A stretch of DNA of 64,000 nucleotides from positions 744,001 to 808,000 of the forward strand of contig JBBPEB010000017.1 of the NCBI GenBank assembly GCA_039096225.1. Direction: 5' to 3'. The notes beneath the pieces were generated by a model. It was not told where the DNA came from and searched no databases. It was given only the letters and a program-made list of their open reading frames with translations. Each line of letters starts with the position of its first letter. Within the stretch, counting starts at the first letter, position 1. This document shows, one piece after another, positions 16,947 to 30,546 of the stretch. The stretch comes from Blastocystis sp. Blastoise (Eukaryota > Protista > Bigyra: Opalinata). A program made the position numbers and the translations under genes.

Positions 16947-19079
16947 TTATTCTTCTTTCTCCTCTAATATCTCTACTATTCCTTTATTGCCATCTATTTT
17001 AATATACATTCCCGTGGTTATTTTCTCTGTTAATCGATATACATTAACAACACAAGGTATATTCATATCTCTGGCCATTAGTGCCAAATGACTCGTATTC
17101 CCGCCAATCCCTCCGATGGCGCCACTAATATTATAAAATAAAGGACTATATGTAATATCTGTATGTTCTGCAACTAATATATCTCCTTCTATAATATCAA
17201 TATCTTCAGGTCTATCAACTACTACCGCTCGTCCTTCTACTATTCCTTTCACTACAGGAGTACCAGACAGTTTTAATAATGAACGAAATTGAGCTTCGTC
17301 CTTCGTACGTTTTGAAAGGCACATGGCAGCAAAGTTCGGCGTAAAAACACAACGAGGGGAAATCATGTGCTTGGAACATTCGAAAGATTCTTTCTTTTCT
17401 TTTATTATTTTTTTAATATCACTTGGTAGTTGTTGACTTGTTTCATATGTTTGTATAGATGCGAAAGATATATAAAATATATCGTTAAGAGCATCTATCT
17501 TTTGTTCTTGTAATAATTTCTTTGATATTTGTATAAGTTTTTGACGTACTAAGTAACTATAATAAGCATATAGATGAAGGTGATGCTGACTCAGTTGATA
17601 TATAATATGACAAATATCATAATATTGCATTATCTTCTTTCGATCCTTTTTGGAAATCTTCTTTCCTAACTATATATATGTATATAATACATATTAAAAA
17701 AAAGATATAGGAATGAATAATAAATGAATAGAATCACATTAAACAATGAATTATATATATATATATATATTAATATAGGAATGAATAATAAATGAATAAA
17801 ATCACATTAAACAATAAATAATATATATATATATATACAGATTCAACTGTTTTCAATTGCATTTGTTTTCGTTTTTCAGGAGATCGAGTAGTGAACGCAT
17901 TGGACATATCGACATATAATATTAATTTCACGAGCATAGAAGGTTTCTCTGCAAATCTATAGTGTATAATCAATATTATCATATTATTATTATATAGTTA
18001 TTATATAGTTATTATTATATAGTTATTATTATATAGTTATTATTATATAGTTATTATTATTTAGTTATTATTATATAGTTATTATTATTTAGTTATTATT
18101 ATATAGTTATTATTATATAGTTATTATTATAATATACACAAATTAAGTAAATTTTTAATTCAAATAATATATATATATATATATATATATAATTATGACT
18201 AGAATCACCAAGTTACCATCAAATATAAAATATACAATTATATATATATATACCTTTCACTCATAATATCTAGATCTTTTGGTCCTCTCATTCCGTAGTT
18301 ACTCATAAATGTTGACCATTTAGCGCCAACACTTTTGGCGGTAGGGTCCGTTGACTCTGTGAGGGAGGTAAAATATTTCTTAATTCCTTCTTCATTGTTC
18401 TTATCCAAGAAAATCTATATATAGAATAGATATATATATATATAATAGATATAAGTAAATAATATATATTATGAAAAATATATAATAATAATCAATATAT
18501 AATAAACATAATAGAACAATAAATAATAAATATAACATAGAATAATAAACACAACATAGAATAATAAATAATACATATATATACTTCTAATTGTTTGCTA
18601 GGTTCTTCGTTTTGTTGTTTATCATATTCTTTGAATGTAGTAGCTAATTCTGTAATATACTTATTATATTGTTCACTCATGCTATTATTTATATTACCAT
18701 ATATAGATTGAATATCTTTTACTTTAATATCATATTTAGATAAAGATTTAATTAATTTATATTGTTTATATATAGAGACTATAAAGAAAGGAAGGAGAAT
18801 AGGTAGGACTTTTTGATAAAATATATTTTCTACTAATAATTCACGTAATGTATATTCACTTAATTGTTCTTCTAATTCTTTTAAAGAGTCTATACAACTA
18901 GTATATCCTTCTTGTATGGATTTCTCCATAGAAGAAAACGAAGTACGAAAGATAATCATGTAAATTGCAGACTTTATACTAGAAATAAACCTACTTTTCC
19001 ACGGGGGAGGAAGAATTGGATTTGGATTCGTCTTTTCATAAAGTGGATACATTGTTTCATACCAGGGCTTTATTATCTA

Positions 19080-19110
<31 letters not shown>

Positions 19111-19916
19111 TTATATATATATTTATATTTATATTTATATTTATATTTATATTTATATATATATTTATATTTATATTTATATTTATATTTATATTTATAT
19201 TTATATTTATATTTATATTTATATTTATATTTATATTTATATATATATTTATATATATATATATTTATATTTATATTTATATTTATATTTATATTTATAT
19301 TTATATTTATATTTATATTTATATTTATATTTATATTTATATTTATATTTATATTTATATTTATATTTATATATATATTTATATTTATATTTATATTTAT
19401 ATTTATATTTATATTTATATTTATATTTATATTTATATTTATATTTATATTTATATTTATATATATATATATTTATATTTATATTTATATTTATATTTAT
19501 ATTTATATTTATATATATTTATATTTATATATTTATATAATAATATATAGAAAAAGATATAGAAATAAATATGCATCAAAATATTCATATAAAGCAAAAA
19601 GAAAAAAATAATAATAATTAAAATAATTTAAAAAACAAACATATATGTATATATATATATACTTGCACAATTTCTTCATCCATAAATATAGAATACATAT
19701 TAAAAAACATTTCTCGATATTTATTTTTCTTTAAAAGAACGTTATAATCGAAATATAAGAAGTTATCAACAGTATATATAATATCATTACCTAAAGAGAG
19801 ACAATGACACATCATATCGATTCCCGCGGGGGAAATGGGATTATTAAAAGAGAAAATGGATCCAATGCTAATTAAACAACGATATATATTATCATGAACA
19901 GGGGATAATGGATCCA

Positions 19917-19957
<41 letters not shown>

Positions 19958-20030
19958 TAATAATTACTTGTTATAACATATATATATTTATAGAGCATGA
20001 TATGTTTAATAAAATAATAATAATCAAAGA

Positions 20031-20078
<48 letters not shown>

Positions 20079-20109
20079 AAAAAAAAAAAATAAAAATAAA
20101 AATAAAAAA

Positions 20110-20142
<33 letters not shown>

Positions 20143-20244
20143 CATAATCATAATAATAATCATAATAATCATAATAATAATCATAATCATAATAATAATA
20201 ATAATAATAATAATCATAATAATAATCATAATAATAATAATAAC

Positions 20245-20275
<31 letters not shown>

Positions 20276-21548
20276 TACATGTAGGAATAGAGACAAGACC
20301 GGCAATAGGTGTAACTTGAACGAAGTATATATTATTATTATATAAACAGAACTCAATTCTTATAGGTCGGTTATATTCTGCTTCAATATCTACAGCATAT
20401 TTACCAATATTATACACCTATATTTATATAATATAACATATATAGAATAATCACTAATACTATATAAATAAGAAAACAAGAAAAGGAGCAAAATAAATTT
20501 TAAAAAAAAATCAGAAACATTTTTAAAGATATAATTTATATATAGATGAATGTAAATAATATGCGTAATATGAATATAATAAATATTTTAAAAAATATAT
20601 AAATAATAGAATAGAATCAATAAACTATACATTTTCATCTTTTAAGCAACTTTCGTTTCCTCGTTCATTCAATTCAACACGATGATATCCTTCTAAGGGA
20701 TAATCCGAATAAAGAGCATATTTCTGATGAGAAATACGTCTTTCAAAGATATCTAATCCATACCAATCTTTGCTATTATTCCCATGTTTTAATATAACAT
20801 AATGATCAGGTGATGTAATTGGATCATTGATAACTTCTCCTAATCCTAAAATAGCATCTAAAACGATATGTTCACGCGAATTCGTCTTCTTATTACAACT
20901 TTCAACTATACCACTAACTTGAGAAGGAATCATAACTTGAATGATCAACGAAATGCTACAATTAAATAAAGGAATATTATGGCTTTGACGATATAGAAAA
21001 GCCTCTTCAGAATATAAATCACTCCAACAATCAATAATAGCACGAATAATACTTGCCATATTGGATGCAACGTTTAAACGAGGTAAATATAAATCTTTAT
21101 AACTTTCATCATCGTTTTTAGTTACATTCATACTAGGTCTAATAGCTACTAGAAAGTCCTTAATTGGACATGTTGATTTAATTTGTGACATTAACGCAGA
21201 TAATTCAGTTTCAATATCAAATGGAAATTCTTCTATTACAAACATCTCCCTTATTCTTTTACTTAACCTATGTATAGTCTCCTCACTAAATACCTTTATT
21301 TTTTCATTAACTAATTGAATATATCCATCTAAACGAATATTTGCAGTATAACGATTTAAAGCAGTTGTTTTCAAGATAAACCCACTAGGAACAGGGAATC
21401 CAGCTGTTGCTAACTTAATCAAACTATCACCTTTTTGACCTAATTCTGATGCTACTCGAATTCGATTTGGTTTTACCAGCTTTAAAAACAATTTTATTAT
21501 ATACAATATATATATAAATCATACATTAACCGTATATCTCTGCTCCAT
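16947..21548 (-). CDS. Rifamycin phosphotransferase (RPH)/PigC-like PEP-utilising enzyme: ATP-grasp domain, substrate domain, C-terminal His-swivel domain; multi-exon
   Basis: N-terminal domain: [75 protein letters not shown]. Middle: [24 protein letters not shown] and SPRCVFT. C-terminal: [60 protein letters not shown]. There is no pyruvate-binding TIM barrel. All introns are GT-AG. Confidence 0.85.
19076..19540. repeat. Intronic (TATATT)n hexamer microsatellite, about 460 bp
   Basis: Directly visible inside an intron of the RPH-like gene. It produces the spurious IF/IY/YL ORFs in the track. Confidence 0.95.
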
Positions 21549-24399
21549 ATATACATTCAAATTAATAATGTATTTATTTCGATATTTGATTTTTTTTTAA
21601 TCTTATCGTTTTTTTAATATTTTATTGGGGAATCCAAGAAATAATCACGGTTATCAAAATTTTTAAATTTCTTTTCTACTCTATTATTCGGTTATTCTCA
21701 TTAATAAAAGTTATTCTTCATAGATTTAAATATAAAAATAACGAATTTTGATTTACGTTTGATCGTTTTTTTTTCTGGTATTGGAAAATTTAAACAATGA
21801 TGATTATTTTTTCTTGTCAAGAATTGAATTATCGTTTGTCCAATCATTTAAATTACTATAATCATAATTAAAAATAGTTTACATATTGTTATATTCTTGA
21901 ATGAAATCGATAATTCGTCAATTGAAACTGTAAGTTAATAATTGTGTTATATTTCATTGTTAGTCTCTGCTATAATAATTAATGTATATTATTATTAATA
22001 TTATCAATATTATTATCTTATTCACTAGTTAGAAATAAGTATAACATGAAATGATATTTCATATATCTCACTAATATTATAGTTTTTTTATTATCTACAA
22101 ATATGTTTTTACTAATAAATGATAAATAAACTGAATAATAATAGAAAAAAATAATCATTAATGATTTTCATATTGTTTATGTATATTTAAATTCATAAAA
22201 TATAAATCTATCAATTAAATAATAGTATATATACTCAAATATGATGATAATATCAAATCAAATGATTAATTCATAAAATGAGAAACTATTTTTTCATGAA
22301 TTTCTGTAAATTTTTTTTATTCATTTATAAATGTTGTATATATTATATTGATTAACTAAAAGAAACTAGAAATTAAAATAGAAATAAAAAATGTTTAAAA
22401 AGACTTAATGTGACATTATCATATTCATTAGTGTTACAAATTATTCAAACCATTTATTTCTAATCACATCTAAAACAAAATTAAGCCGATATAACAAGAA
22501 TCAATTTGTAAACATGTGTAAATAATCCATAGAATAACTATTCATTAGTTTTTTATATCTCAATATAATTTGTTTATGTATTTCAGCTTATATTTAAATA
22601 TGAAAGACATACTAAATTAAAAAATGTGATTCATTGAACTATTAATATATTCTAATAATCTATAACCATCATTAAAACTTCATATATAACATAAAAATCA
22701 GCATAAATAATCAAAATAAAACATCAAATAATAATTTCTTAAAATAATAAAAGTAAAAAGAAATTTTATAAAGTACCTGGAAAAAACCGGTCCTCTGGAA
22801 AAAACGGGTAATCGTTTTTTCACCCACTTTTTTTCAAAATCGACGATTATCCGTGTTTATTTTATAATGTATTGATGCAGAAATTTTATTCCCGTTTTGT
22901 TAGGGTTTCGGCCTGTTTGTAAGAAAAAGTGTGTTCTTGACGTATAGAAGAAAATATTGTTAAAAAACTTATATATGACCCGTTATATACATAGAAACTC
23001 CCAAAGGAAAGTTCAAAAATAGTTTTCATTGACCCCATTAGCATCTGATTTTATAGACCTATTGAAAACTAGTAATAAATGTATATAAACCATATTTATG
23101 ACCTCTATAATAATAATTAACAGTCAAATCAAGTTTTTAGCACATGTTATAATAATCTAATTATAAATGATTTTTGATTCAATTAATATATACATATTTG
23201 ACATCCTTATAGTCTCTAGATTAAGAATATATAGTCAAATAGCCATTCTGTGAGTAAAGCCCCCACTCACATTTTTGGCAAAGAAAAAAACGAAAAAAAC
23301 GAATGCTTTTCGTAGGAGCTTCTGGGGCTTCTGGGTTTTCAAAAAAATAATTTCTACTAAATTGCATTTTGCATGTTTTGACCCCATAGCAGCATTCCTG
23401 GACCCCTATAAGCTCAGAAAAGCACTTCAAAGTCCGAAATTTCGCCATAATCGTAAAATGACTAGTCGAATTTTCGACTTATCTTGAGTTATTTTTATAT
23501 AATAGACACTCTATATTAATAATATATTATTAATTATACTATATAAAGATTAAAGAGAAGTTTAGAGGAAAATATAGTAAAAGTTCTTAACGAAGTTCGA
23601 AATGAGACACAATTGTATGAATTTCGAGAGGTTATTTAATACCCTTATATTGTTTTTTATGCATTATAAATGATATATATATAATCTATATTCTATAATG
23701 AATCCATAGAGACTTTTAAATATGCTTTTTGACAATTTTCAAAATTTGCATCGCCAAAATGTGTCTTTTAAAAAGTTTTTCTAAATTTTTTTCCGGGTCG
23801 TATCTATGCAATATTTAATATAATATCCAATAATGAGGTTATATTTAGCTATAAATTAATAAAAGTGTGAATCAATAAAGAAATGCAATTATAGCAGTCA
23901 TTGTTATTATTAAAGAGTATATTATAAGTGATTATGACTATTATAATGCTTTAAAGGTCGTGTGTATGATCAGTATGCTCTATATTCTAGTTTTCAGGAA
24001 TTGTTAGAATTAATCGTCATTTATAAAAGTTCAATTTCTATCTCTACGAGTCAAAAATGCTCTAAATAAGTGAAAAATAGCATAATAAGCTATAAATAAG
24101 AGTCATTTAAAAAAAGTCTTAATCTGTGGTATTAAACTGAGTTTAACTGCATTTTCTGTTTTCAAATGCTCTACTATAGCATAAATCACAACAAATTTTT
24201 TGTTTCATAGACCTTTGTGACAGATCAGTGATTTTTCAATCTATTAAAAGTTTAACTGAAACAACTTCACCAAATTATTTTCAATCCTAAGTCATTATTT
24301 ATACTCAAAAACACATATAAACTTAAAACAACACACTATCTGAAGATGATCAAAAATGAATTTCGCATAGTCGTGAATTTCTTTAAGATTATGACGAGA

Positions 24400-26115
24400 T
24401 CTTTTAAATAAACATGATTCTCGTTTACGCGGCCTAATCCTGCATTGCCACCAAAAACAGATTTCAAATCTCATATTTTATTTATCTTGTGTACCTGTAA
24501 GAAGTCGTCCTTTTGGTTTATTTCCGTATGTTATCTATTTATCTACTCTATATCTCGTAGCTGGTTCATTTTCATGTCTTCTGGTCGCTCCAATCGTCAA
24601 AATCGCAATTCCTGTCGTGGTTGGCCAAAACGTTCTGAAAGGTATATATTCTATATTAACTATCCATTTACTTATACTTGTATATATAGAAAGTCTTGCT
24701 ACTGTCCTGATTGGTCATCTCCGTTTCTTATCCTTTCCTGTTGGTACTCGTGCGTTGAGAATATGTTACGAGGTATATACATATATTTTATATTGTTTTT
24801 ATTACATTTTTTATCTAGTCTAAGGGTTAATTGACTCATCATGGGCTACGTTCTTCTTTTATTAATGGTCTTCTAACAGGTATGGCTCCTTATGACTTGC
24901 TTATGGTACTCAAATGATGTCTCCTTTATTCATGAAGGCCTTTCTGTATATTTTTATTTATTTATTTTTCGTTTCTTTTTATTCGTTTTTTATATCTTAT
25001 TTACGTTTATGTTAATGTATATGTATTTAAATATATTTATTATCACTTATTTCTCTTATATATACTATTTATATATAGTATAGATGATTGACAAGACGAT
25101 GATCATCTCCATTCTTCCTGCTTCTTTTCTTCTATGGTTCTCTAATGGTTTCCTTGAATGGCTTATGGTCTCTTGATGCTATTGAAGAGAGATTTAATTA
25201 ATTTCTTGTGTGTTTTAGGTATGTATATATATATAATATTTAATTTAATTTTCTTTATTATATTTATCGTTATCTATTATATATGTCTTGTTTTGGTTCT
25301 ATTATGCATTTATTTCTTTATATATGTTTAATTTTATTATTATGTGCGTATATTTGTTTATATTTACATGTTTCTATTATATATTATACTGCTTTATATC
25401 ATTTATATTAATTAATCTATATAATATATTGTTTTTAGTTTAAATATATTTATATATAGGTTTATTGCATTTATTATTGCTGTTTTCATGCTGTTGGTTC
25501 TTTAATGGTTCCTTATTGGTTTGCTTCTATTCTTATATATATGTATATATTTACTGTTATTAATATTTAGCTTCTGCTTTCTTTATTATATTATATTTCT
25601 ATCTATATATTCTATTATAGTGATTCCTTGCTTTCTGTATATATGCTATTGGTGGTATTTTCCTTCAGATTTATTGTTTATGTTGTTTAGGTATATATAT
25701 ATATATATATTGCTATATCTATTTCTTTTTATCTATTAATATATCTATTATTCTATTAATCTAGCATTTCTTGTGCTTCTTCCACTCTGGTATTCCTTTA
25801 TTGTGGCTTTTCTCCTGTTTTTCTGTGGTCTTTTTCCTATAGATTGATTATATGGCTCTATTTCTAGGTATATATATTATATATATCATTCTATTATTAC
25901 GTTATTATATCGTTTTCTTTCATTTATCTGCTATTATTATCTTTCTTATTGTATTACTGGTCTTTTAGTTGTTTTTCTATATATGCTATTCTTTCGTTTC
26001 TTTGTATTATTATATTATTTATTATTATTCTATTATATAGGCTGTTTTCTCTCTTTGAATCTGCTTGCTTGCTGTGTTTCTGTCTGTTCTCTTCAAATTG
26101 GTTAACTAGTGTTCT
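24400..26115 (+). ncRNA. Putative multi-exon non-coding transcript or decayed gene
   Basis: At least 8 host-type GT..AG introns (e.g. 24526-24560, 24642-24689, 24773-24818, 24946-25083) separate GC-richer, T-rich exons. The exon starting at 24819 has stops in all three frames and no product is recognisable. Boundaries are approximate. Confidence 0.45.
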
Positions 26116-26999
26116 GTATATATATATATATTACTATTAATATATCTTTTATTCTGTTTTTCCTTTTTTTTTAAATCTTTCTATTCGTTTTATTTACTCT
26201 CTAGTCTATTATTATTATTATATTATCTTCAAATAAGCTTTCCTCTTGTTGATTTATATATATATTATTGTTTCTATTTTTTAGTAATTTCTTTCTCTTC
26301 AGTCATGATTTTGTCTCTTTGTGTCTCTCTTCAATCTTATTGATTGGCTTGGATTACTCTTTGTCATATGGACCATATTTTGGTTTATGTATATATTATA
26401 TTCATTATCTTCATATTTGTATTATATCTTGTTTCCTATTTATATCGTTTTGTGTGATTTATATTTATCTTTCTATTGTTATTTCTTTTCTTTTTACGTA
26501 TCTGCATGATTATATATATATATATCTGTTTTATATGAATATATACCTATATTCTTCTATATATTATGTTTCTATATCTATTTATATATGAACACTATTG
26601 CTTATAGTATTATTATCTTTTTTTACATTATTTAATTACTATTATTACTAGTATATATATATATCTATTGTCTCTATAGCTCTTTATGTATACGTATATG
26701 TTTTGATATATATTTCCTTTATATTAATTTCTTTATATATATGTATATACTTTATCTTGATATGTGTTTATATATTCATATCATTCTATTTTACTATATA
26801 TAGTAGCTTTGATTATGGTATTAGTTTCTCCATCTATTATCTATGCTCTGGTACAGTATATGGTGTTACTAGTACTATTTCTATTCTTCTTCCTATACTC
26901 TCTATTCAGTTATTAGTACTCTTATTCATTATATTTAAGCTCCATAACGGATGGAGATATATATATGTATATATGTATATACAGGTTCAATTCCTGGCT

Positions 27000-29300
27000 T
27001 AAATCTTTTGTTTTTTATATTGTTTTTTTATTATATTATATATATATTATATATATTATATTATATATATTATATTATATATATTATATTATATTATATA
27101 TATATTATATATATATATATATTATATTATATTATATATATTATATTATATATATTATATTATATATATTATATTATATATATTATATTATATATATTAT
27201 ATTATATATATTATATTATATATATTATATTATATATATAATATATATATATTATATTATATATATTATATTATATTATATTATATATATATTACATATT
27301 ATATAGTATAATATAATATATATGATATAATAAATAGTATTCTCTATGGTATTAGATATATATATCTATATATTAGTATAGTATCATATAATATTATATC
27401 ATATTGTATACTATAATACAACATTGTATTATATAGTATAGTATAGCATTATACTGAAGAGCATTATATATCATATAATATAGTATATAGTATATATAAT
27501 ATAATATAAATTATATAATATAATATATGTAGTGTATTATATATTATACAGTATATAGAATACAGTATTATATATCATATAGTATATATTATATATTGTA
27601 GTATAGTACGGTAGTATATACTATATAATATATACCAGTATATTATAAAGTATAGTATAATATTATATTAGATATATTATAGATATATATGATATAATAT
27701 ACAATATATAATTATATATATATATATATATATACTAGTATAGTATCTTATAGCATTGTATCATCTAGTATATTATAGTACAGCATTATATTATGTAGTA
27801 TTATATTATATGACTATATAAGGTAGTATAGTATATATAATAATATAGTATGGCATGATACTAAAATATAGTTTATATATCATATAGTATATGGTGTATA
27901 ATGTACATTATATTATATATGTAGTATATTATTTATTATATAGGATTATATGGCATTATTATATAGTATATAGTATTATTATATATGTATATAATACAGT
28001 ATTATATAGTATTATGTTATATAGTATTATGTTATATAGTATAGTATAGTACTATTACATATACTATACTATACTATACTAAATTATATAGTTAGCATTA
28101 TATATTATATTATACTAATCTAGTGTTTTATGATATATATAGTATTATATATTATATATATTATAATACATATTTATTATTGTATTATAATATATAATAT
28201 ATAATGCTATATAGTCTAGTATTCTATATAGTTAGGTAATATTAGAGAGTATTATATATTATATAGACTATAGTTAGTGCAATATAATATTATTTATTAT
28301 ATTATTGGTATAGTATTATACATTATATAGTTAATATATATATGTATTATATGGTGTAGTATATATTATATATTATTAGTTATAACATTATATATATATT
28401 ATTCTATTTTATAGGATATAGTATAGTATAGTATTATATATTGTTTGATCTAACTTATTCAGTATGTAATACACTATTATATGTTGTATTATATTCTGTA
28501 GTAAATAATTTAGTATATTATATTTTATAATTCAGATTATATATTAATATATATATTATCTATCTTTTATTATATTATATATAGTTAGTATTATATATTA
28601 TCCATTAATTATATTATATATTACCTATTATACTATCCAATATCAATTATATTTTCGTTTATATTCTATTATAATATCTTTTATAATCTATATTATATTC
28701 TATTACATCATATATTATTTTCTTATATTACTTCTTACTCTATAGTATATTATCTCTTATATTATACTTTATTATACTCTATTATATATAATACTATAAG
28801 TTTTATAGTACTTTTTTATTAAATCTTTCTATTCTATTTAATTACTTTTTCTATTTCATCTATTATATATTATTGATTATCAATTATAATATATTGTATA
28901 GCAGCTTTATCTTGATTGGAATATGCTTCTTTTATATTATTATTTATATAGTTATATATCATTAGTGATAAAAACTACTATGGGATTGTTCAGCTTATTC
29001 TATTCTATGTAAGTATTATATATATATATATAATATTTATTTTCATCCTTTTTACATACCTTAACACTTTTTCTATAGTATATTATATATTAAAATTTAC
29101 TATAAAACTACATTCTATTATAGAATATAATATATATAGACTGCTTTCTATTATATATTATATAGCATATACTATATAGTAATCATATTGTATTATAGAT
29201 TATTATCTTATTATTATTTATATCATATAATATATATTGTTGATCTATTTATAGAATATATGATATCATATATTATATAATATATAAATACACATTTATT
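27000..29300. repeat. Extremely AT-rich low-complexity core (TATAT/TATAGTA-type degenerate repeats)
   Basis: About 90% AT by eye, with recurrent TATAGTAT/ATATTAT motifs and no coding signal. Confidence 0.8.
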
Positions 29301-30050
29301 CGATATCAATTATGTTTAAATAACTATTTTATATAGACATCCCTATATATACGTGTATTTAAAAAAATATTTCAATCATAAACTAAAACGCTTATATCTC
29401 TCTTAATAAGTCGTTATAATATATTATGTTGTTTGTTTCATCTTTATCATCATTCATAGGGATCAAAAGTAGTAATCAATTATAGTATATAACCGTCTAC
29501 AGAATGATGTAATTCATTGCTGGCTTTTATTTATAAAACACTCTTTCGCATTCAGAATATACTTGAATATGTAATATACATCTTTCTAACTAGTTAAATA
29601 ACTTAAACTATGACTTTATAGAGATCATGAAACTAATTCGTGAATGAAGTAGTCTATATTTACAAAAATACTTTTAATAATTCTCTATTGATCTTTTAGG
29701 CAGACTCACACCATCTAAATAGGTAATCATCTTTTAATCATGTAATCAAAACTTTCAATGCACTTATTTCCATAAACTCTATTAACAAAAATGTTTATAG
29801 CAGTCATTTCACATTCATTAGTATGATTTTTACATTAAAAATAACAGTGTATAAAAAAATAAGCATATTATCAATTTGTTCTATAGAGGCTTGTATATAC
29901 TTCCTATATAAGAGACTATAAAAAAGGCTAGAAATTGATCCCAACAACTCTCGTACAAAAACGGGAATAAAATTTCTGCATCAATATATTTTAATATAAA
30001 CACGGATAATCGTCGATTTTGAAAAAAAGTGGGTGAAAAAACGATTACCC

Positions 30051-30546
30051 GGAAAAAACCGGTCCATTTTTTTTTTAATGTTATTTTCATGTAAATAATA
30101 ATTTTTTTTAACGGCAAAAAAATATATAACCACGATTTTTAATTTTTTTTTGTTTTATAAACATTTTTGTTTATATAATTATTACTATATATGTCATCCA
30201 CTTCCCATATCACTTGACAGAATTGTTATGTGGTAATTATCACCAAAATCTGCGATATAATATTATATTTTGACAGTGTAATCTTATTTATTCTCGATAA
30301 GTCAATTTAAGTCAGGTTGAAGTGACAATCAACTATTATCATGGTATGTGCTGCAAAAGGGATGGAAGGAAATATAGATGACTCGCATATTAATGATGTT
30401 GCTGATAAAACTGTGTATAAAACAAAAAAAATTAAAAATCGTGGTTATATATTTTTTTGCCGTTAAAAAATTATTATTTACATGAAAATAACATTAAAAA
30501 AAAAATGGACCGGTTTTTTCCAGAGGACCGGTTTTTTCCAGGGACT
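30051..30546. mobile_element. ~500-bp MITE (element B) with ~110-bp TIRs sharing the terminal motif of element A
   Basis: 30051-30159 (GGAAAAAACCGGTCCATTTT...AACGGC...CCACG...GTTTTATA) is the near-perfect reverse complement of 30416-30521. The right end continues AGAGGACCGGTTTTTTCCAGGGACT|TTAA. Confidence 0.8.

Larger units (their letters stand above)
22772..30051. mobile_element. 7.3-kb segment bounded by terminal inverted repeats (element A, non-autonomous, Kolobok-like end); no transposase found
   Basis: Left TIR 22772-22900 reads ataa|AGTACCTGGAAAAAACCGGTCCTCTGGAAAAAACGGGTAATCGTTTTTTCACCCAC...CCCGTTTTGT. Its inner ~95 bp reappears inverted with few mismatches at 29955-30051, and its outer part reappears inverted at 30514-30546. 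Confidence 0.7.

Noticed and set aside
16947-21548. Annotation as PPDK/PEP synthase, or as bacterial contamination
   Set aside because: The His domain is C-terminal and there is no pyruvate-binding barrel. Spliceosomal introns with host microsatellites exclude contamination.
22900-29950. Transposase or KolX ORF within the TIR element (ORFs 23221, 23275, 24445, 29881)
   Set aside because: No DDE, zinc-finger or THAP motifs. The ORFs are short, lack codon bias, or simply translate the TIR.
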